A program made the translations under genes and the position numbers. From a virus, in IMG/VR virus record IMGVR_UViG_3300000101_000006, positions 9,267-73,266 of that record: a stretch of DNA of 64,000 bases. One strand, written 5' to 3'. The notes under the pieces were generated by a model. That model was not told where the DNA came from. It searched no databases and saw only the letters and a list, made by a program, of their open reading frames with translations. Each line of letters begins with the position of its first letter. The stretch's first letter is position 1. Positions 15,927 through 24,400 of this stretch are shown one piece after another.

Positions 15927-16715
15927 ATGAACTGTACAATTAAAAACCCTGCCAATCACGACTTAGGTGACCTTGAGACTCATACACACGAAATGTATGA
16001 TTTTTTTGCGTCCAAATACGGCTTCAAGAAGCCCCCTACAATGGTTTTTGACTCCGACCCTAGTAATCAGTCCAATGTGCTTGGTAAAACGGCATACTAC
16101 GACCCTCAGAGCCTTGAGATACATATATTCGTCGATGGAAGACATCCGAAAGATATATTGAGATCAATTGCTCATGAATTAATACATCATAGGCAAAATT
16201 TAGAGGATAGACTGGATGTTGGTGGCTATAATGGACCGGGATACTATTTAGAAAACGAAGAATTAAAAGATATTGAACATGAAGCTATGCTCGAAGGCAA
16301 CGCTACAATGAGAGAATATGAAGATACTAAAAAATACAAGGAGAACAAAGACATGTCTTTGAATGAATGGAAAAATAACGAGTTGAACCAACTTCTCATG
16401 AAAAAGTTCGGAATCTTAAAAGAAAATAAAACCTCTAAGCATGATGATGATCCAAAGCTAAAAGGTGGACAAAAGGATTTACCTGATGGTTTACAAAAAG
16501 CAATAATCGGTTCTACAAACGAAGAACTTGATGAATCCAATTGCGGCGGGTCTCACAAGAGAGATGATGACGTTAGTGAAGGTAAGGACTGTGAGAAATG
16601 CAAGTCTAGTGATTGTGAATGCGAAGAAAAGCGGCAGGCAGGAGCACTAAAAGAAGCAATCACTAAGATTGCAAACGCTAAGAGAATATTTTTAAAAAAT
16701 AAAAGGATTAAATAA
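15927..16715 (+). CDS. Putative zinc metallopeptidase with a low-complexity C-terminus
   Basis: LRSIAHELIH (HEXXH) followed by EHEA; preceded by ACTAATTA at 15915. Confidence 0.7.
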   Translation: MNCTIKNPANHDLGDLETHTHEMYDFFASKYGFKKPPTMVFDSDPSNQSNVLGKTAYYDPQSLEIHIFVDGRHPKDILRSIAHELIHHRQNLEDRLDVGGYNGPGYYLENEELKDIEHEAMLEGNATMREYEDTKKYKENKDMSLNEWKNNELNQLLMKKFGILKENKTSKHDDDPKLKGGQKDLPDGLQKAIIGSTNEELDESNCGGSHKRDDDVSEGKDCEKCKSSDCECEEKRQAGALKEAITKIANAKRIFLKNKRIK

Positions 16716-17611
16716 TGAATCGCAAAGATGAAAAGCTGTTAAGAGAGTTTGTCAGAGATAACTTGGTCAAGCCAATTGTTGAACAACAAAAAGAAGAAGA
16801 CAAAGTCAGACAATGGGCTCGCTCTTTAATAAAAGAGGCTCAAGACACACTGGTCTTGGAAACTCTTTATGAAGCAAAAGATATGGCCAATCCACATCCA
16901 AATACTGGTATAAATAAGTTGCGGGATGCTCTAAGAAAAGCTAAGCCTTCGATTAAGGCAAAATATCAACAACTAACCACCAATGGTGAGCAAAGGGAGT
17001 CTTTTAGTAGTCACTTCCTAAATGCGATGGTGAGACTCTTCGATGAACTTGATGCGCTCAGTGCTCAAGGAAAAAAAGCTGAAGATATTGATACTGCGGC
17101 TATCGCTGCGGCTGCAACAGAAATAGAAGCTCCACCAGAGGATGTTACTTCTGATGAGATGGGTGCTGCTATTGAGGATGGGCTAAGCGATCTAGAGAAT
17201 CTTCAAGAATCAATTCTTGAGAGTATTCTAAAAGAAATCGAAATTGATGTCGAAGAAGGTGGAGAGGAAGTTGATGTCGTCTCTGATGATTTGAAAGATG
17301 AGGATGAGAAAGAAAAAATCAAAAACAAAACTCAAGCAGAAAAAGATTTCGACAAGAAAAGTGATGATGAAGAAAAAAGAAAAGAGTTCTCAGGCGGTCT
17401 CGAAGGAGACATGACCGGAAGAAACCAAGCTTTCGATGCATTCAATCTAGTTCAATCATATTTCTCAGATGCTTACTTGGATTTGAATAATCCAGAAGAT
17501 CAAGAAATGTTCAAAAAATGGGGATTATATAATAACAAATTGTTACTTGGCAAGTATGAAGAAGAACTCTCCTCCAACCCCGAACAGCCAGATATCGAAA
17601 ACCCAACATAA
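16715..17611 (+). CDS. Acidic helical protein (candidate head or scaffold protein)
   Basis: Very acidic; repeated LQE/ILE/LKE; TAATG coupling. Confidence 0.7.
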   Translation: MNRKDEKLLREFVRDNLVKPIVEQQKEEDKVRQWARSLIKEAQDTLVLETLYEAKDMANPHPNTGINKLRDALRKAKPSIKAKYQQLTTNGEQRESFSSHFLNAMVRLFDELDALSAQGKKAEDIDTAAIAAAATEIEAPPEDVTSDEMGAAIEDGLSDLENLQESILESILKEIEIDVEEGGEEVDVVSDDLKDEDEKEKIKNKTQAEKDFDKKSDDEEKRKEFSGGLEGDMTGRNQAFDAFNLVQSYFSDAYLDLNNPEDQEMFKKWGLYNNKLLLGKYEEELSSNPEQPDIENPT

Positions 17612-17679
17612 ACCCTCCTGTACGAAAAAAACATTTAAAAACACACTACACTCTTATAATATAACATGCTGGAGAAGGT

Positions 17680-18000
17680 TTGTCAAGGGAAACACAACAA
17701 AAAAAATCATTTATTTTATCTTTAAAAAAAGAAGGTCGAGTCAATGAGGGTTTTCTCAACATAGTATCTGATTTAACTTTGGAAGAATTGATTGCTGTAA
17801 AGCTTGAACAAAGTTCTAAAATGATGAGAGGTAAGCTATACAACTTTCCTTTGTGGTACACTATGCCTAATGTCTGTAGAGATGCTTGTATGTTATTTGT
17901 TAGAACATGTTGTAGTACTAAAGCAGATATGGCTTCCGTATTAGGTGTTCCTTATGATTACTTTATTGATTTATACAAGAAATACTATAAAGAATACTAA
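17680..18000 (+). CDS. Putative DNA-binding protein with a C-terminal Fis-like HTH
   Basis: TKADMASVLGVPYDYF pattern; TTG start with GGAGA RBS. Confidence 0.5.
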   Translation: MSRETQQKKSFILSLKKEGRVNEGFLNIVSDLTLEELIAVKLEQSSKMMRGKLYNFPLWYTMPNVCRDACMLFVRTCCSTKADMASVLGVPYDYFIDLYKKYYKEY

Positions 18001-18102
18001 AGAAGAATATTAGAATAGTATTATATTATTATTATATATATAAATAAAATATGCTCAGATTTTTCTCGTTTTCATATTTTTTTAAAAACTTACGTATTGG
18101 AC

Positions 18103-18131
18103 TTGACAGTCCCTTCAGAATGTGATATAAT
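18103..18131 (+). promoter_or_regulatory. Consensus sigma70 promoter
   Basis: TTGACA 18103-18108; 17 nt spacer; TATAAT 18126-18131. Confidence 0.85.
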
Positions 18132-18171
18132 AATAGTACACACAAACACACAACTTGAAGACGGAGCAGTA

Positions 18172-18960
18172 ATGAACAGGAACATTGTTTTATTTGATAT
18201 GGATGGGACCTTAACAGAATCTAGGCAAAAATTTGATTCTAATATTTTGTCCTCCTCCCTAAAAGAATTGAGTCAATATGCCGAAATCGGCATAGTCACA
18301 GGTTCTGATTATGATTATTTGAATGAACAGTTGAGTCCCCTATTGAATAGTTCCATTCGTTACTGTCTCCATCTTTTACCTTGTAACGGAACAAAATACT
18401 ATGCTCCGCCAAAAACCGAATCAGATGATTTTGAGTTAACGAAAGAAGCTTCCATGCAAAAGCAACTTGGAAAAGTTGCATGGAGGAGATTGATGGAGAT
18501 TTTAGTAGCGAAACAATTGAAAGCATCAGAGCTCGATATTCCTCTCGCAGGACATTTCATATCAGCTCGCGGTTCAATGATCAATTGGTCCCCGTCAGGT
18601 CGCAATGCTAACAATAAAGAAAGAACAAGATTTATGCGTTATGACAAAAAATACAATTTTAGAAAAAGAAATTTATCCGAGATACGGTCAGAACTAGCTT
18701 CTGCCTGCTTAGACAATATCACAGTAAAACTTGGAGGTGATACTTCATTTGATATCTACCCCACCGGTTGGGATAAGACATATGCTCTTCGCTACTTTGA
18801 TGGTAGCAATGTTTGGTTTGTTGGTGATCGAGCTCTAACTCCTAATGGTAATGATTATGAAATCCATAAGGCATGTGAGCCTCGGTCCTTTAATACGACG
18901 GGTCCAAAAGAGACTGTGGATATCGTCGACAATATAATTAATCAAATCAAGGGAGAATAA
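18172..18960 (+). CDS. Eukaryote-type (HAD-IIB) phosphomannomutase
   Basis: FDMDGTLT..R, GSMINWSPSGR, GGDTSFDIYPTGWDKTYAL, FVGDR...GNDYEI parallel the PMM2/Sec53 motifs; GGAG RBS gives start 18172. Confidence 0.85.
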   Translation: MNRNIVLFDMDGTLTESRQKFDSNILSSSLKELSQYAEIGIVTGSDYDYLNEQLSPLLNSSIRYCLHLLPCNGTKYYAPPKTESDDFELTKEASMQKQLGKVAWRRLMEILVAKQLKASELDIPLAGHFISARGSMINWSPSGRNANNKERTRFMRYDKKYNFRKRNLSEIRSELASACLDNITVKLGGDTSFDIYPTGWDKTYALRYFDGSNVWFVGDRALTPNGNDYEIHKACEPRSFNTTGPKETVDIVDNIINQIKGE

Positions 18961-18963
18961 GAA

Positions 18964-19362
18964 ATGGATTCAAAATTCAGCGACATGCTTAAATTCGGTA
19001 TTAACTTAAAGCTCTCAGGACCATCTGAAGATAAGTATTATGCACAAAGATTGATGTTTTTCATTATAAACAAAGAAGATTTCGATGCAGATACAGAAGA
19101 TGATGAACGAATAAATATTTATGTAGGGTCTGAGTTGTCTCTGGTAGTTAGGATAGTTGATTCCGTATTGACCTTTGATCCATTGGAAGAATCTTGTTAT
19201 GATGCGATAATGTTGGTTTTGGATTTTGTTGCGAACCTACATCAACAAGTCCAAGAGGACTACTTAAAAGATGACGTCATCGAAAATGAGTTCTCTACGA
19301 CAAACGAAATGGAGCAATCAGACGAAGAAGATGAGTCAGATGATGATATGGAGTGGATTTAA
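18964..19362 (+). CDS. Hypothetical acidic protein
   Basis: 132 aa ORF with an acidic tail. Confidence 0.65.
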   Translation: MDSKFSDMLKFGINLKLSGPSEDKYYAQRLMFFIINKEDFDADTEDDERINIYVGSELSLVVRIVDSVLTFDPLEESCYDAIMLVLDFVANLHQQVQEDYLKDDVIENEFSTTNEMEQSDEEDESDDDMEWI

Positions 19363-19364
19363 TT

Positions 19365-19688
19365 ATGAAGATTTTTTATTTAAACAGAACTGAAGATGAA
19401 TCAGGTGTATCAGGCACTGGCCGAGTCGCACAGGGTTTTATTTTTGATAATGGTAAGGTAGCAGTAACTTGGTTATCTGAACACCCGACAGTTACAGTTT
19501 ACGATAACATCGGTGAAGTGCACGCAATTCACGGTCATGGCGGAAAAACAGAAGTTACGATGGAACCAGACTTCAAAAAAGCTTTTGGAGAACTTAAGTC
19601 ATGTGTTGATAATTTTTCTCTTTCCGAAATCGTTAACTCCAGAATACCACAGGAAGGTGCCGCATCGAAACTATTAACTAAGAACTAG
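19365..19688 (+). CDS. Conserved-looking phage protein
   Basis: RTEDESGVSGTGRVAQG...W...HGHGG motif; the second Met of the track ORF is the likely start. Confidence 0.65.
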   Translation: MKIFYLNRTEDESGVSGTGRVAQGFIFDNGKVAVTWLSEHPTVTVYDNIGEVHAIHGHGGKTEVTMEPDFKKAFGELKSCVDNFSLSEIVNSRIPQEGAASKLLTKN

Positions 19689-19696
19689 TTAAAAAT

Positions 19697-20221
19697 GTGA
19701 ACAATTTATACACGCTAAAGTTAGACGCATCTTGGCAACCAATCGAGATTGTCGATGCATACAAAGGTTTTTCATTGGTGTTCTCCGGAAGGGCGCGAGT
19801 CGTTGAGGATTATTCTCTTCAGGCTTGTGCCCTTTTTTACTTTCCGTCTGTAATTGTTTTGAATAATTACATTAGAAAGAAAGGATTCACCGTCCCTCCT
19901 TCAAGGAAAACAATATTCTTTAGAGACAATTATGAATGTCAATATTGCGGAAATGAATTTATGAAACATCAACTTACATTGGATCACGTCATACCGAAGT
20001 CAAGAGGGGGTCTTAAAAGCTGGGAAAACCTTTCGTCATGTTGCGTACCTTGTAATCAAAAAAAGGGCAACAAAACGCCTTCTGAGGCTCGTATGGATAT
20101 ACTGAAGGAACCAATGGAGCCAAGTTGGAGATTATGGTCCTCCCCAACTTGGATGATGAGAAAACATGGATCAAAGAAAATCCCTGAATCATGGGAAAAA
20201 TTTTTAGGAGAATCAAAATGA
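19697..20221 (+). CDS. HNH endonuclease
   Basis: RDNYECQYCG...LTLDHVIPKSRGG...WENLSSCCVPCNQKKGNKTP. Confidence 0.9.
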   Translation: MNNLYTLKLDASWQPIEIVDAYKGFSLVFSGRARVVEDYSLQACALFYFPSVIVLNNYIRKKGFTVPPSRKTIFFRDNYECQYCGNEFMKHQLTLDHVIPKSRGGLKSWENLSSCCVPCNQKKGNKTPSEARMDILKEPMEPSWRLWSSPTWMMRKHGSKKIPESWEKFLGESK

Positions 20222-20457
20222 ATGAAGAATTAATGGACAAGATTATTGAGCGCTGTCAAGAAGACCCAAAGTTTGCTGAGGCATTCGACTATTTGCTCAA
20301 AGCTTCTCAAGGAGCTGCACTTGCTGGTTTCTCGAATGAAGAGATGGCGAATGTGTGCATCATGGGTTGGCTAATCGGAATGGACCCAAGTTTAGGCGAA
20401 ATGGTTAAGAGTATGGCGAAAATTAGTAAAATGGGACTAGACATTGTGGATAAGTGA
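20218..20457 (+). CDS. Hypothetical protein
   Basis: ATGA-coupled to the HNH gene; 79 aa. Confidence 0.6.
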   Translation: MNEELMDKIIERCQEDPKFAEAFDYLLKASQGAALAGFSNEEMANVCIMGWLIGMDPSLGEMVKSMAKISKMGLDIVDK

Positions 20458-20492
20458 ACTAATTACAGCATTATTTGGGAGAAAAAAATATT

Positions 20493-21182
20493 ATGTCTAA
20501 AGAAATGAAATTAATTTTTGAAAACTACAGAGGGGGATCTTTATCTAAGAGCAAGACTCTTCTTGAGTCTTGCAACTTTAATGAAGAAGAGCTCACAATG
20601 TTTAATGGCGGAGAGGTTCTAAACGAAGGAGTTTTTCAATTCGGAGCCAATCTTTGGAATCGTGGTGTGAAGCCACTAATGACCAGCATCAAAAACTACG
20701 CTGATGAAAAGGTAATGGCGTTACTAAGGAAGATGCGTATTGCTTATGAGGGCTTTATTAAAAAGGCTAATAAAAACTTTCCAGAAATAATGACGGATAC
20801 ACAAAAAAGACTTGAAAAAGCAGCAATTAGGCTTTTAAATACAAAAAGACATGCGCGCTTGGGAATCCTGATCCTTACAGCCATATTTAAAGCTCTTGGA
20901 GGAGCAGCAATCGAAGCCATTGCTGATTCTGAAGGTACTGTGAAGAAACTTAAAGACATCATGACTGAGTTGATTGAAGGTACCCCAGCTAGAGTCATAA
21001 AAGCGCTTTTCGGAGCAGCAGATATAATGGAGATCGGAGAAATAATTAAGTTGTTTAATAATTTTCGCTCAGACATGAAATCCCCTGCACTTAGTATTGC
21101 TTCAAGTCAAGATTCTGGCGTTGTTGGTACGGACTTGGAACTCGCTGAAATATTTAAAAAAAACATTGGAGAAATAAAATGA
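20493..21182 (+). CDS. Helical protein with (L/I)-x-E motifs (candidate head protein)
   Basis: MSKEMKLIFENYR, LLES, VLNEG, ELAE; preceded by ACTAATTA at 20458. Confidence 0.7.
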   Translation: MSKEMKLIFENYRGGSLSKSKTLLESCNFNEEELTMFNGGEVLNEGVFQFGANLWNRGVKPLMTSIKNYADEKVMALLRKMRIAYEGFIKKANKNFPEIMTDTQKRLEKAAIRLLNTKRHARLGILILTAIFKALGGAAIEAIADSEGTVKKLKDIMTELIEGTPARVIKALFGAADIMEIGEIIKLFNNFRSDMKSPALSIASSQDSGVVGTDLELAEIFKKNIGEIK

Positions 21183-21493
21183 AAATATCTAAAGAAAAAT
21201 TAAAACAAATCATCAAGGAAGAACTTGAACTGTTCGAAATGGATGAACCAATTCCTGACGATGAAAATAGTCCAGAAGTAGTTAAGTCAAAATCTGAGTT
21301 TGCGAAGCAATTCTTAGAATTATCAAAAACAGTAAGAGGTACTTCTGGATTGGATGCTAATGAGATGCAGATGATTATGTCTCTAACGGTTTCTTTGATT
21401 AAGTTAGCCGCTGGAAAAAGTGCTGGCCCTATCTTGAAACAAATTAGCGATATTTCTAATAAGAAAATGGGGAACACTGGAGATGTTCAATGA
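21179..21493 (+). CDS. MKISKEKL-family protein (candidate head protein)
   Basis: Starts MKISKEKLKQIIKEELE. Confidence 0.75.
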   Translation: MKISKEKLKQIIKEELELFEMDEPIPDDENSPEVVKSKSEFAKQFLELSKTVRGTSGLDANEMQMIMSLTVSLIKLAAGKSAGPILKQISDISNKKMGNTGDVQ

Positions 21494-24400
21494 ACAAAAA
21501 AGAATTAGCAAGATTATTGTTTCAACGAAAAGACATTAGAGCCTTGTTTGAATCTCGACGTTTTGACGCGTCAACATTGAAGAGAGTTATCTCCGAAGAA
21601 ATCATGCGAGAAGCATTTGAAGAGATCCCGCAGGATTCTGATTTTGTCATAGACAATCGCCCATCGGAGGACAATATCTCACAAATGACTTCCATGATTG
21701 AAGATCTGAAAGCTACGCTTGACGAATTTAAGGGTCGCCTGGCTGACGTGAAAAAAGAGTTCACCCAGGCTAGAACCGACAGAGATCGACCAACGCAGAG
21801 AAACCTTGCAGATGAGAAAAGAATGATCACATCCGACATCGACCGATTAGAGGTTGAAATTAGAGGACTTGAAGCAGAACTACAAATTGCCTATAAAGCT
21901 GCTGGTAAATCACCTGCGAAAGAGGATGATGTACAGGTTGCTAGAATAGCCAAAGCGGTAAAGGATGTCGTGACTCAAGCCTCCGATAACTTGGAGCAAT
22001 CTAAAGATACCCCAGAAAACGTTGAGAAAATAGTAAAATCTGCAACAGCCAAATTGGACACAGCTGCTCAAAAATCGAAAGAAGTAGCCAAGAAAGCACA
22101 GTCAGCTCCAACACCTCAGCCCACAGTTGATTATGATAAAACCATCGACGCAATAAAGAAAGTAAGGACTCCTCAAGCTACAACACCGAATCAAGTATCT
22201 ACAGAATTAATATCGTCTCAAACCGGCCTGAGTCTCGACTCATATCGAGCAACATCACTCATTATGAACCCAATTGCCGCTGCAGTTCGAAGACTGAGTT
22301 TTCTTGCTGGTTTAACTTTTGGAATCGAAAATATAACAATCGGAGATGTGATATACTATGCCTCTGGGAAAGAAGGTTACAGCCCTAGGGCGGCCGAAGC
22401 ACGCAAGCAACTGGAGAAAACCGTTAGTCCAGAAGATTGGAAGGGTCAGACCGGCCAACTCACCGATTTGGATAAGCAAAAGCGAAGCGTTCCGCTTGTA
22501 GGATTTCTGAAAAGCAATGGGAAAATAGTCAAAACCATTATACAAAGAGAACTTGATGCAGCAAAGAGTAAATTATCAGCCGGAGGCGTTTCAATGAAAC
22601 CCTTTGCTGAGCAAGAAGCGGGATCTTCCGCGCCTTCTCCTCAAGCAGCGCCAACCAAACCCAAGGGTCGGAAAAGTAGAGGTGGTGTAAGGTTGGCCTC
22701 AAAGGCAATCGATGGTGAAAATGTGGAAACATCATCCATCACACCAGCAGATGTCAAGGCAGCTGTGGAGCAAGATGTTGAACAAATAAAATCAAATCCA
22801 GAAATGAAGCAAAATGCAAAAGACCTTATGCAACAAGTTCAAACACCAGAAGAAGAAACCACTTCTCAACTTCCAGCAGGCAAAGGTTGGAAAGACGCCA
22901 AAGATGCAGCAAGAAAAAAGGTCACAGAAGCCACAACCATAGAGCAAATCAAAGCATCACTAGAATCCGCAGACGCATTTAAGGCTTTCTGGGGAGTCAA
23001 AGGAGAAGTAGATACTAAGATGGAGCAAGCAAAAGCATTGTTTGACGATAAGTATTTTGCAGCCCGAATCGAAGAGTTGAAAGCTAAAGCAACCGATGAA
23101 GGCAAAAAACAAGAAGTTGCTGAAGAAGCAGCAAATCTTGCCGCAACGGTAATGGGGTACAGCGAATTCTTAAATAACATGATGTCTCAACAACCAGATT
23201 TCAAACCTCCAGAAATGGACTTCCCACAAGCAATTCCAGAAGATGAAGGAGAATTCAATCGCTCCTTCATTCAACCTCTCGTCAAAATCCAAGAGCCGCC
23301 CGATGCATCTGTGAACAAAGATGGTTTGAAAGAAGATCAATACATTGAATTGTTTACAACTAATGCTGAGAATAATGATGTTTTAAAGTCAATAACTGAA
23401 GAAGACTTGCAAGTCTTTGGCGGATGGTACATCATGTCGAAACAAAGCAAGTCACTGAATGAAGCAAAAGAAGACCAACTAGTTCAAATTGAAAATTATG
23501 GAAACTTTAATGATTTTTGGAACACCACAAATGGCCCAAAGTTTGTTAATGATGAAATTAAAAAATCTATTAAACAAAGATTTAGAAAAAAAGACCCTAA
23601 ACTCGAAGCAACATTGGCTGGAATTCAAACACTAATTGATAGCGGCCAAATCTCAATTCCTGACTCTATAACGATTGGCGAAGACCCAAATAAAGAAGCA
23701 GTTGGTCTCGTAGACAAGCAAATGGTTCAAGATGTAATCCAAAACACTCCAGAAGTAGAGCCGGATGCAGATGCCGATTTGAGCCCTCTCGCAACAGAAG
23801 AGATGGATACCGCATGGGCCACAACTCTCGACACCTTCTTCGGAAAGAGCCGAGAAAACTCAAGCTTCATGAGACAATTCTTATTAAAGAATCAAGCATC
23901 AATGCTATATGGGATGATCGACGTTCTTGGGCAAATCACTACAGGCGGTGCAGGCAACGAAGAACGAGCTTACACTGGCGAGAAAACTCAAGTAAAACGA
24001 AAGGAAGAGCCTGTCGTACCCCCAGCAGAAGCTGATAAGAAAGAAGCCCCACCTAAGACAGATACGACCTCTACAGATACATCTGTTGATGATGAAGAGA
24101 CGGAAAAAACCACTAGCGTCATTCCAGAATCTCTCGAAGAACAAGTTATCAATGAGATCTTTGGAATGTTTGGTGGCAAAGACAATGAAGACAAGGAAAT
24201 CAAGTTCTCTCCAAAGTCAACAAGTCTCATGAGACAAGACTTGGAAGCAATGGTTGACCTTTTACGTTCATTGAAAACAGATATCGGTCAATACAAAAAG
24301 TATTCGACATCATCTTCCGTTGATCCAAGATTCGACGGTTCAACATTGAAAAGAGCAATGGACGCGAAATTAAAGGTTGTCCAACAATCAATTGCCCACT

